Positions 19,403 through 27,943 of a stretch of 64,000 nt of DNA are shown in pieces. The position numbers were made by a program, and so were the translations under genes. Source of the DNA: Akkermansia muciniphila (GTDB lineage: Bacteria > Verrucomicrobiota > Verrucomicrobiia > Limisphaerales > UBA9464); assembly GCA_945861565.1 (NCBI GenBank), contig CAMAUY010000013.1, positions 5,441 through 69,440 of the forward strand, written 5' to 3'. The number at the start of each line of letters is the position of its first letter. Within the stretch, counting starts at the first letter, position 1. The notes beneath the pieces are model-generated. The model had not been told where the DNA came from. It searched no databases and worked only from the letters and a program-made list of their open reading frames with translations.

Positions 19403-20803
19403 CTACCGCATGAGATGCTTCTCCAGATACCCAACCGTTTGCCGGACATTCTGGTCCACTTCCATCCGGTCTTTCACCGCCCGGCAGGCATGGAGCACGG
19501 TACCGTGGTCGCGTCCGCCAAAGGCATCTCCAATACTGCTGAGCGACGATTCCGTTAGTTGGCGGGACAGAAACATGGCAACCTGACGAGGAAATGCAAT
19601 GTTTTCGGGGCGCCGCTTGCTGGTCATATCCGCCAGACGGATGTCGTAGTGTTCCGCGACCCGTTTCTGAATGGAATCGATGGTGATCGATTGCCTCCCC
19701 TCCTGCTGCAGGATTTCACGAAGGAGAGTCTCGACGACCGCGACGGTAATGGGTTTGCCGGTGAGCGAGGAGTAGGACGCAACTCGGACGAACGCACCCT
19801 CCAGTCGTCGGATGTTGGTCCGAATCCGTTGGGCGAGGAAATCACGAACTTCGGTTGGAAGCTCAATGTGGAGGAGTTTCTCTTTCTGTCGCAGGATTGC
19901 CATGCGGGTTTCGACGTCGGGCGCCTGAAGATCGGCGGTGAGGCCCCATTCGAACCGTGAGACCAGGCGCTGTTCAAGCCCCTGGATCTCGTTGGCGGGT
20001 CGGTCGCAGGTCATCACGATCTGTTTCCGGTTCTCGTGCAGGGTGTTGAACGTGTGAAAGAACTCCTCCTGAATTCGCTCTTTTCCGGCCAAAAACTGGA
20101 TATCATCAATCAGCAGCAAATCGACGAGGCGGTATTTCTTGCGAAATTTTGGCAACTGGCCCGCCTGCAGGGATTCGATGAATTCGTTGGTGAATTTTTC
20201 GCAACTGAGGTAGGCGACCCGCGCGGCCTTGCGTTGTGCGAGCACCTGGTGGCCGATGGCGTGCAGCAGATGCGTTTTTCCGAGTCCCACGCCGCCAAAG
20301 AGAAACAGGGGATTGTAAGTCTTACCGGGGTTCTGGGCGACCGCGACGGTGGCACCGTGGGCGAGGTTGTTGTTGTTGCCCACGACAAACGACTCAAACG
20401 TGTTGTTCGGATTGAAGAGGGCTTCGGCCTGGCGTGAGTTGAAAGCAACTTCGACCGTCCGCGGTGCCATTTCCGAATGCTCTGAAACCTTGGGGCGCGA
20501 GGAGCCTCCGGGGGGGTTCGTCCCGCCGCGGAATGCCACTTCGGTAACCGCTCCCGTCACGCGACTCACCACCGTGCGAACTACATCCCGGTAGTTGTCT
20601 TGCATCCAGGACGCCGCAAAATCGTCCGGAGACTCCAATTCCATCACTCCATGGGCGAGATTGATCGGCCGGAGCGGGGCAAACCACATGTTGAAAATCT
20701 CCGCCTTCAACATCCCGCGGAGCACATCCACAGCCTCAGACCAAACAGAATCGGCGGATGAATGCATGGGCAGAGCGGGGAGGGGTATCGTCAGTACTTC
20801 CAT
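19403..20803 (-). CDS. dnaA: chromosomal replication initiator protein DnaA
   Basis: It carries AAA+ Walker A GGVGLGKTHLL, box VII/sensor motifs, and the C-terminal DNA-binding domain (IAFPRQVAMFLSR..SLSSIGDAFGGRDHGTVLHA). The ORF-track N-terminal extension to 20947 is unlikely; start candidates are 20803 and 20767. Confidence 0.95.
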   Translation of the reverse strand: MEVLTIPLPALPMHSSADSVWSEAVDVLRGMLKAEIFNMWFAPLRPINLAHGVMELESPDDFAASWMQDNYRDVVRTVVSRVTGAVTEVAFRGGTNPPGGSSRPKVSEHSEMAPRTVEVAFNSRQAEALFNPNNTFESFVVGNNNNLAHGATVAVAQNPGKTYNPLFLFGGVGLGKTHLLHAIGHQVLAQRKAARVAYLSCEKFTNEFIESLQAGQLPKFRKKYRLVDLLLIDDIQFLAGKERIQEEFFHTFNTLHENRKQIVMTCDRPANEIQGLEQRLVSRFEWGLTADLQAPDVETRMAILRQKEKLLHIELPTEVRDFLAQRIRTNIRRLEGAFVRVASYSSLTGKPITVAVVETLLREILQQEGRQSITIDSIQKRVAEHYDIRLADMTSKRRPENIAFPRQVAMFLSRQLTESSLSSIGDAFGGRDHGTVLHACRAVKDRMEVDQNVRQTVGYLEKHLMR

Positions 20804-20807
20804 GTGT

Positions 20808-21100
20808 TTATTCACAGATGCTTCGTCACACAACTGTAAACACATGGAGCGATAGTAATTTGCAGATGAGACTTGACGAAAGCCCGAGGAAAGACGGGCT
20901 CTCATTCTCCAACAAACTGAGGAGTCTTGATTTGTAATACTTTGCATGCATGATAGTTACGAATAAATTGTGGTGTAATGTGCTTCGAATCGGAATCTGC
21001 CACCGGTTCCGTAAATGAGGCGCGGCACGCGAGGCTTCTAGGAGAAAGCACACCTTCGGACGAGGGAAACTTTTCCGGGGTTGTTCGCAAGTTATTCACA
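20808..21100. promoter_or_regulatory. candidate oriC / dnaA control region
   Basis: Two identical TTATTCACA 9-mers, which fit the DnaA-box consensus TTATNCACA, lie at 20808-20816 and 21092-21100 in the same orientation. An AT-rich stretch lies between them (about 20925-20975). Confidence 0.4.
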
Positions 21101-21317
21101 TGCTTGGAAATCCCCTGTTTTCGGGTCTTTTTGACCCTCCCAACCGCCCCGTCGCTGCCGAGACTTCAGAATCAGCCTCGGTTGTCTCATGAACGGTTTG
21201 GCTGTCGGACCCGATCTGTCAGGAATTCTGGATCAAGTCTTCGTCGCCGATCGTGCGTTGTCCCTCTTTTTCGCCGGTTTTGACGAAACCGATTCCGCCA
21301 GTCAGGCTGGCCTTTCG

Positions 21318-22808
21318 ATGAGCCTCAAGAAAAGCGCTGTCCCGCCGGGTACGTCAGGAAATCCCCGACCGTCGCCGACTGTGCCGTTAATTTTCGGTGA
21401 GCAGCAGGCGGCGGGATCTTTGTGGATCTTGTGGATCGCCCGTTCGCTGTTGTTGGTTGCGCTGGGGATTGCTGGCTACCTCTCGGTTCTATCCTTCACT
21501 GGCGGGAACGTTGCGGGCTGTGGCGCAGATGCCGGCTGCAGCGAAGTGCTCGCGAGTCGATGGAGCAAGTGGCTGGGGATTCCGGTGAGTCTGCCGGCCG
21601 CGGGGGCGTATGCTGTCATGATTGGCATCACCTGGGGTGGGCTCCATTCAATCAATGGCCGCTGCTCGCTTCAGGCATTGTGTCTCTTGGTTTTTGGTGC
21701 GGCGGTCTGGTTTGTTGGATTGTCCATTTTTGTCGTCGGCAAGTTCTGCCCGTACTGCCTCGTGACCCATGCGTGCGGCGTCGTCGGTTCGGCGCTGTTG
21801 CTGTCATGGCTGACGAGGCCACGCGAAAAGACGTTTGATATTGAGGTCGGGAGAGGTGCCTCCACGGCAGGCATCTCCACCCTCGCCCGAAGTCGCTCGC
21901 CCCTCGTTGTTGCGTCCGCCCTGGCGGGACTGATCGTTCTGATTGGTGGTCAGTTCGTGTTCACGCCCAAGTCGTTTCGCGTCGTTTCGATGAGTTCGAG
22001 CACCAATCCCGCGGGCCTCGCGGCAACGACTGTGAGCCGACCGATTGTGCCGGCAGGCGCGGGTCAACTCGTTTCAACTCGGGAGGCGGCGATGCGTACG
22101 GCTGGATCGTCGAACCGCCTCCACTCTCCGCCCGCGCCGGTTGCTGGCACCACCGCGGCGCCGTCACCGGTTTCGATTTCAGCGGCTACGTCGGGTTCTG
22201 GCCGTCGGCTCTCGCTCCATGGCAATGCGTTTAGTTTGGATATCTCGGATCTGCCGTTGCTGGGCTCTGCGACGGCGGAGAAGGTTATGGTCTCGATGTT
22301 TGACTATACCTGTAGCCACTGCCGCCGGGCGCATCCGACGATCGTGACCGCGCAGCGGTATTTCTCCAACCGGCTGGCCGTTGTCAGTTTGCCCATGCCA
22401 TTGGATGCAAAATGCAACCCGTGGCTGCGCCGGACCGCTGAGCAGAATCAGAATGCCTGTGTACTGGCGCGATTGGCGTTGGTCGTTTGGCGAGCGGATC
22501 GCACGGTCTTTCCGGAATATGATGACTGGATGATGACCTCTCCGGAGGCTTTGAATCCGGCGCGGGCACTCGAACGAGCGACCGACCTTGTGGGCTTGAT
22601 GGTTTTGGAACGATTCATGGGAGATCCATGGATCGCCGAAACGCTGAGGACGTCGACCGCTCTTTATCGCACGAACTGGTTGGTGGCAAATAGTAGCTCC
22701 ATGCCAATGATGATGATCGGGACAAACGTAATTTCGGGGTCGCTGCGAAATCCGAATGAGATTTTCGAACTGCTCGACGTGGGACTTGGACTCAAGCGGA
22801 CGCCGTGA
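21318..22808 (+). CDS. vitamin K epoxide reductase (VKOR) family membrane protein fused to a thioredoxin/DsbA-like domain
   Basis: The N-terminal membrane part has a Cys pair (GCGADAGC) and CPYC, which is typical of VKOR. A Ser/Ala/Pro-rich linker follows. The C-terminal part has DYTCSHCRRAHP (CxxC of the DsbA/Trx fold). The ATG at 21318 is preferred. Confidence 0.75.
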   Translation: MSLKKSAVPPGTSGNPRPSPTVPLIFGEQQAAGSLWILWIARSLLLVALGIAGYLSVLSFTGGNVAGCGADAGCSEVLASRWSKWLGIPVSLPAAGAYAVMIGITWGGLHSINGRCSLQALCLLVFGAAVWFVGLSIFVVGKFCPYCLVTHACGVVGSALLLSWLTRPREKTFDIEVGRGASTAGISTLARSRSPLVVASALAGLIVLIGGQFVFTPKSFRVVSMSSSTNPAGLAATTVSRPIVPAGAGQLVSTREAAMRTAGSSNRLHSPPAPVAGTTAAPSPVSISAATSGSGRRLSLHGNAFSLDISDLPLLGSATAEKVMVSMFDYTCSHCRRAHPTIVTAQRYFSNRLAVVSLPMPLDAKCNPWLRRTAEQNQNACVLARLALVVWRADRTVFPEYDDWMMTSPEALNPARALERATDLVGLMVLERFMGDPWIAETLRTSTALYRTNWLVANSSSMPMMMIGTNVISGSLRNPNEIFELLDVGLGLKRTP

Positions 22809-23796
22809 AACATTGAACCTCAAGACCGCAATCGAAGGAGGGTGTTGGCGAGTGCTTTGCGTCGGGCTAGTGCTAAGTGCCGACGATGCTTTGGGGAGTG
22901 GCCGCAAAGAAAACACGGAACTGCTTTGGCATCCGGGAATGGCCAATGCCTCCGCGGCAGCACGCGTGACGACCAACCTGTTTGTGGTGGCCAGTGACGA
23001 GGATAACTGTCTGAGAATTTATTCCTGTGCATCGAATAGTGCGCCCGCCTTGGTTCGTGAATGCGGCTCTTTTCTCGGGCTGACGGGCCATGCGCTCGAG
23101 GCGGACATCGAAGGCGGTGCCCGCGTGGTAGATCGCATCTACTGGATTGGCTCGCATTCGCGGAATCAGGAAGGCCGCTGGCGGGCGAATCGACACCGGT
23201 TATTTGCAACGGAAATCGTCACTCAGGGGAGCGTGATCGACCTCGTGCCCGTGGGGAGGCCCTGCACCGATTTGCTGGACCAGATCTTGGCCGATCCTCG
23301 TTTTGATCCACTCGATCTGAAGAAGACTGCCGTCGATGCGCCGGAACGGGGAGGGATCAATATCGAGGCCTTGGCAGCGACCTCCACGGGGGGATTGCTT
23401 CTGGGCTTTCGCAGTCCCGTACCCGAAGGGCATGCCGTTCTGATCCCGTTGCTCAACCCGGCGGACGTTGTGGCCGGGCGGCCGGCTCGGTTTGCCGATG
23501 CGATCCGATTAAATTTGGAGGGACTCGGGCTGCGCGACATGGTGTGGTCCGGGTCGGAGTATTTTATCATCGCAGGAAGTCCGGGCAGGGGGGGAATGAC
23601 CCGCCTTTATCGGTGGAAAGGGCCCCAACATCGACCCAAAAAGCTGGACTGGCGTGCACCGCATCAGTTCAACGCGGAAGCACTCGCCCTATTCGGGCCT
23701 TCAAAAAATCCGAGATTGTTGGTTCTCAGCGACGACGGGGGCAAGACACGGTCCGAGGATGAATCCAGTTTTCGGAGCCTTTGGGTGGAGCCATAG
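22756..23796 (+). CDS. secreted hypothetical protein (DUF3616-like; assignment from memory)
   Basis: The 346-aa ORF has a hydrophobic N-terminal segment (CWRVLCVGLVLSA) and repeated beta-rich segments (IYWIGSHSRN, INIEALA, GLLLGFRSP). An alternative TTG start at 22813 would remove the overlap with the upstream gene. Confidence 0.5.
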   Translation: MRFSNCSTWDLDSSGRRETLNLKTAIEGGCWRVLCVGLVLSADDALGSGRKENTELLWHPGMANASAAARVTTNLFVVASDEDNCLRIYSCASNSAPALVRECGSFLGLTGHALEADIEGGARVVDRIYWIGSHSRNQEGRWRANRHRLFATEIVTQGSVIDLVPVGRPCTDLLDQILADPRFDPLDLKKTAVDAPERGGINIEALAATSTGGLLLGFRSPVPEGHAVLIPLLNPADVVAGRPARFADAIRLNLEGLGLRDMVWSGSEYFIIAGSPGRGGMTRLYRWKGPQHRPKKLDWRAPHQFNAEALALFGPSKNPRLLVLSDDGGKTRSEDESSFRSLWVEP

Positions 23797-23899
23797 TGTT
23801 GGCGATGCGCGAATCCAGAATTAGGGACCGGATTGCGATTGAGAGATGCCGGCCCGTTTTGGCGGGTGTTTCCGCCCACGTTGAATTCGCCAAGCCGGC

Positions 23900-24625
23900 T
23901 TAGCCGCGAAGCGCACCCCGTTCAGCGGCTGCGGCGCGGTCCGCTCGGAGCCTGAGCAGCGCGGCCATTGCCGCCTCGCTTTCGGCGAGTTTCTTGCTCC
24001 GGCCAATACCCCGCGCCAGCTCGACGCCGTGGTGCAACACCGCGGATTCGAACGACCGGTTATGATCGGGCCCGCTGGCGGAAATGAGTTCGTAGCACGG
24101 TGCGTCCGGGGAGGTCGCCTGCAGCATCTCCTGCAGTTCGCCCTTGGGATTTTCGAGGTTGGGGAGGACACCCAGTTCACCCCAGGCATCCGTGAAGAGT
24201 TTCTCGATCAATTCACGGGCGGATTCATAGCCTCCATCGAGAAACACCGCCCCGATGACCGCTTCGAAACCATCCGCTAATGCTGAATTACGCGTTCGGC
24301 CGCCACTAGTCTCTTCGCCGCGACTAAGGATGAGGTATTCGCCCAGCCTCAATCGCCGGCCCTGACTCGCCAACGTTGTCCGATTCACCAACTGGGCCCG
24401 AGCCTTGGTCAGGGGTCCTTCCCCGTAGTCCGGAAACTTGCGGTAAAGTTGATTGGTGAGAGCCAGTTGCAGGACCGCGTCCCCCAAGAACTCTAGTCGC
24501 TGATTGTGCGCGGTCCCGGGGCCGACTTCGTGGGCCAGGGATGGATGGGTCAGGGCGAGTTGCAGCAATGCGGTGTCGTGAAACCGGTAGCCGAGCGTCG
24601 TTTGCAGAGTGTCAAGTGAGGGCAT
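23900..24625 (-). CDS. rnc: ribonuclease III
   Basis: It has the RNase III signature NQRLEFLGDAVL and a C-terminal dsRBD (GPDHNRSFESAV..GIGRSKKLAESEAA). Confidence 0.95.
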   Translation of the reverse strand: MPSLDTLQTTLGYRFHDTALLQLALTHPSLAHEVGPGTAHNQRLEFLGDAVLQLALTNQLYRKFPDYGEGPLTKARAQLVNRTTLASQGRRLRLGEYLILSRGEETSGGRTRNSALADGFEAVIGAVFLDGGYESARELIEKLFTDAWGELGVLPNLENPKGELQEMLQATSPDAPCYELISASGPDHNRSFESAVLHHGVELARGIGRSKKLAESEAAMAALLRLRADRAAAAERGALRG

Positions 24626-24776
24626 GGCAAAAGTTTGGAGCTAATTGCCGATTTCCAACCGCCATCCGGCTATTCGCGGTGCACTTTCGCTGTGCCGCCG
24701 GCCGTTGGAGACTGGAAATTGGGAATTGGAAAATTGGGAATGATGACGTGTGAAAACCTCGGATCAGTGGCGAATA

Positions 24777-25382
24777 TCAGTCGGAAGTTGTCGGAATCAG
24801 AGCGGTTGAATCTGTTACGGGAGGCGCAGAAACCGACGTCTCGGCGGGCGACGGAATCTCGCCCGGGACGATCGCCCCGTCCGGGCCATGTTCCAGCAGG
24901 GACGCAACGTCGCGCTGGACGGCTTCCAGTTGGTCGAGTTGGAGATCCGGGTCCGCGATGCTGAAGAGGTCGCCGGTCTTGGGTTGTTCATAAAGGAAGA
25001 TTCTCCGCCCGTTCTCGTAGAGTTGGGCTTTGACTCGCAGGATTCGCTTTCGCTCAAGCATCACCGCCAGGATGTAACACGCCGCCACGTGCCGATCCTC
25101 CCGCGGTTCCATCAGCTTACGCAAAAGGGTTTCCGCAGTTTCCTTTTGAATCGCGTCAGGGGGCGTGGCCGGGGGGGACTCGTAGGTACCCATCCAATGG
25201 GAGAGAAATACCGGTGCCTCGACCTGGGTCGTTCGGGCCTTCCAGCAGGCGGGACACAAGTCCTGCCGCTCAAATCCGGCACGTTCTTCCAGTAACACCG
25301 TGTGGTAGGATTGCCCGTCGGTGAATGCCGTTGCACACGCCTTGCAGGCGTGGGCACGGGACTGAATGTTCCATTCGATCAT
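24777..25382 (-). CDS. zinc-ribbon-containing hypothetical protein
   Basis: MIEWNIQSRAHACKACATAF...DLCPACW supplies two CxxC pairs. The ATG at 25382 is preferred because the ORF-track extension to 25658 runs into the repeat array. Confidence 0.55.
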   Translation of the reverse strand: MIEWNIQSRAHACKACATAFTDGQSYHTVLLEERAGFERQDLCPACWKARTTQVEAPVFLSHWMGTYESPPATPPDAIQKETAETLLRKLMEPREDRHVAACYILAVMLERKRILRVKAQLYENGRRIFLYEQPKTGDLFSIADPDLQLDQLEAVQRDVASLLEHGPDGAIVPGEIPSPAETSVSAPPVTDSTALIPTTSD

Positions 25383-25497
25383 TTCGGAGGGCCGCAACCC
25401 GGGCGGCACGTGGTCTAGTATTTGTGACCGGCGTCTGAGCGCAACGGGATTCGATTTTTCTTTCTTTCGATTTCTCTGGCGCTGCTCCGCAGCGTCT

Positions 25498-26264
25498 GGA
25501 GATTGGCCAATCTGGGAATACAAAAGGACGCTCTGCTTACTGCTGAGGCGCACTCCGGAGGCGCGGAGCGCCGTCAGAACGTAGCCCATGGCGTCAGCCG
25601 TGGGTTCCCGGGTACACCGCACGCAAGCCCCGGAGGGGCGACAGAGCATTTGGCACAAGGCGCTATCCTCCCGTTCTGTCGCCCCTGACGGGGCTACCGT
25701 TTTGTTCGAACGCCATCCCCACGGCTCGTGCCGTGGGCTACGATCTGTCGCCGCTCCGCGGCTTCTCTAAATGCCGATTGTCCATCGGGGACACACGCGC
25801 CAGAAAATGGCCAATCTCGAGGGTTTGCAGAGCAGCCCGGTTCTTTTGCTACGGCCTGGCACGGCGTTCGCGGAGTCAGAGACTCCCGCAACCGGCAGAC
25901 CAGGAGGTCTGCCCCTGGAGATTGGCCATTCTGGGAATACAAAATGGACGCTCTTCTAACAGCTGAGGCGTACTCCGGAGGCGCGGAGCGCCGTAAGAAC
26001 GTAGCCCATGGCGTCAGCCGTGGGTTCCCCGGTGCGCCGCACGCAAGCCCCGGAGGGGCGACAGATAATTTGGAACAAGGCGCGCTCCTCCAGCTCTGTC
26101 GCCCCTGCCGGGGCTTACGTTTTATTCGAACATCATACCCACGGCTCGCGCCGTGGGCTACGGTCTGGCGCCGCTCCGCGGCTTTTCTAAATGCCGATTG
26201 TCCATCGGGGACACACACGCCAGTAAATGGCCAATCTCCAGCGGCAGACCAGGAGGTCTGCCCC
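25498..26264. repeat. two tandem copies (period about 420 bp) of a composite hairpin-rich repeat
   Basis: Unit A (25498-25916) and unit B (25917-26264) align end to end with scattered substitutions. There is a 1-nt indel, and B lacks about 70 nt that correspond to A 25819-25888. Anchor check: GTAGCCCATG occurs at 25581 and at 26001. Confidence 0.85.
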
Positions 26265-26439
26265 ACATGCGCCTGGCCGCAGGCTGCTTTCAGGGGGCAA
26301 TTCGGGTCGCCCATGGCCAAACTCCAGGCGCTGCTCCGCAGCGTTTCTCCTGCGCCGCACCGCCCCCGGTACATTCGAACCGTGACTTTTCCATCGCACC
26401 CCTTGCATCGGACCGGGACTCCCCGGCATCCTTAGACGC

Positions 26440-27531
26440 ATGGCGAATTCGTTCGGCCAACTTTTTAGAATCACGACATGGGGGGAATCCCACGGCGGCG
26501 GCGTCGGGGTCGTGGTGGACGGCTGCCCGCCGAGAATCGCTCTGACGGAAGCCGACATCCAACCGGACCTCGACCGCCGGCGGCCCGGGCAGTCTCGGAT
26601 TGTCACGCCACGGAAGGAGAGCGATACCGTGCAGATCCTCTCGGGAACCTTTGAGGGAAGAACCCTGGGTACGCCCATTTCGATGTGGGTGAAAAACGAA
26701 GACCAACGCTCCGAGGCCTACTCGGAGATGGCCACCAAGTTTCGGCCGTCGCACGCCGACTACACCTACCAGGAAAAGTTTGGAATCCGGGCATGGCCTG
26801 GGGGCGGGCGCACGAGTGCCCGAGAAACAATTGGGCGGGTGGCCGCCGGTGCGATTGCCCGCAAGATTCTCCGCGAACGCTGGGGTGTCGAGGTCCTCGC
26901 GGGCGTCCAGCAGGTCCAGCTCATTACCGCAGCGATCGATCCTGAGACGGTCCGAGCATCGGATATCGAGGCGAATATCGTGCGCTGTCCGGATGCCGCC
27001 ACAGCCGAGAAGATGATCGCGTTGATCGACGAAATGCGGTCGGCCGGAGACAGTGTGGGTGGCATTGTTTTCGGGATCGCCCGTGGGGTGCCGGTGGGAT
27101 GGGGCGAGCCCGTGTTTGACCGTCTCGAGGCGGATCTTGCCCGGGCGATGATGAGCCTGCCGGCGAGCAAGGGCTTCGACGTGGGAAGCGGATTTGCTGG
27201 CATCCAACTGACCGGGCGGCAACACAACGACGCCTTCCGCAATGTGGATGGCCGGGTGCGCACGGTGACGAATCGGAGCGGCGGGATTCAGGGGGGGATT
27301 TCCAACGGGGAAACCATTTATTTCAGAGTGGCGTTCAAGCCCGTTGCCACCGTGATGCATGAGCAAGAGACGGTGGACGCGCAGCATGCCAACACAACGC
27401 TGAAGGGCCGGGGGCGTCACGATCCCTGTGTGCTCCCGAGGGCCGTTCCGATGGTCGAAGCGATGACCGCACTGGTGCTGATGGATCACGCGCTCCGGCA
27501 TCGTGCCCAATGCGAATGGGGCGACGCCTAA
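26440..27531 (+). CDS. aroC: chorismate synthase
   Basis: [31 protein letters not shown], followed by family motifs (GRHDPCV). Confidence 0.97.
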   Translation: MANSFGQLFRITTWGESHGGGVGVVVDGCPPRIALTEADIQPDLDRRRPGQSRIVTPRKESDTVQILSGTFEGRTLGTPISMWVKNEDQRSEAYSEMATKFRPSHADYTYQEKFGIRAWPGGGRTSARETIGRVAAGAIARKILRERWGVEVLAGVQQVQLITAAIDPETVRASDIEANIVRCPDAATAEKMIALIDEMRSAGDSVGGIVFGIARGVPVGWGEPVFDRLEADLARAMMSLPASKGFDVGSGFAGIQLTGRQHNDAFRNVDGRVRTVTNRSGGIQGGISNGETIYFRVAFKPVATVMHEQETVDAQHANTTLKGRGRHDPCVLPRAVPMVEAMTALVLMDHALRHRAQCEWGDA

Positions 27532-27781
27532 CCTGTCGGGCGATTCCCGTTCGCCCTGATCCGCGGATAGGAATCTGAAAATGAGAGAAAAAGCTCTCTA
27601 CTGTGCTTTTTCGCTTGCATATGTTATATATGCTGTATCGAACACGAATGCGCCGCGCGCTACCACTCCAGTCCAAGACCGCCTTCGGGGCACTTCCCAA
27701 CTCGGGCACGCAGCGCTATTTCCGCGCAGACTGTGCTTGCCATGAGAATTGAATTTGTCGCCACCGACTATTGGGGAATGA

Positions 27782-27857
27782 GAACCACGGATAAACGCCG
27801 ATAGACGCTGATTCCATGCCCTTTCTATCCGCGTCAATCCGTGTTCATCCGCGGTTC
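27782..27857. repeat. imperfect palindrome built from 10-bp CGGAT-type subrepeats
   Basis: The left arm is CACGGATAAA CGCCGATAGA CGCTGATTCC (27786-27815) and the spacer is ATGCCCT. The right arm is TTCTATCCGCG TCAATCCGTG TTCATCCGCG (27823-27853). The reverse complement of the right arm aligns to the left arm at about two thirds of positions. Confidence 0.6.
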
Positions 27858-27943
27858 TCCTCTCCTTTATCCGCGGTTTTGGGCGACGGGTCACCGATTG
27901 CGCCTTCGAGTGCGATGTGATGCAGTGTGGTTTTCGTTCGCCG

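Noticed and set aside
20804-20947. The N-terminal 48-60 codon extension of dnaA in the ORF track (and similar extensions of gatB, ahcY, the permease, the formamidase and others)
   Set aside because: The extensions are low-complexity, overlap upstream genes or regulatory DNA, and are absent from the conserved family N-termini. Internal ATGs give canonical starts.
21421-21438. A TGTGGATCTTGTGGATCG doublet as additional DnaA boxes
   Set aside because: It lies within the VKOR coding region (encoding LWILWIA), and each copy matches only 7 of 9 box positions. It is noted in the oriC finding but not called as a feature.
25498-26264. Possible CRISPR array
   Set aside because: The period is about 420 bp with no short repeat-spacer alternation. 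Only two units are present, and there is no cas gene or leader, so this is not a CRISPR array.
25694-26435. ORFs of 226 aa (minus) and 235 aa (plus), plus several 60-80-aa ORFs inside the repeat array
   Set aside because: They are open on both strands simultaneously, are rich in Arg, Pro, Gly and Ala, and simply mirror the tandem palindromic DNA. I treat them as translated repeats, not genes.
26290-27510. A 406-aa minus-strand ORF
   Set aside because: It is antisense to aroC, which has an unambiguous chorismate synthase sequence.
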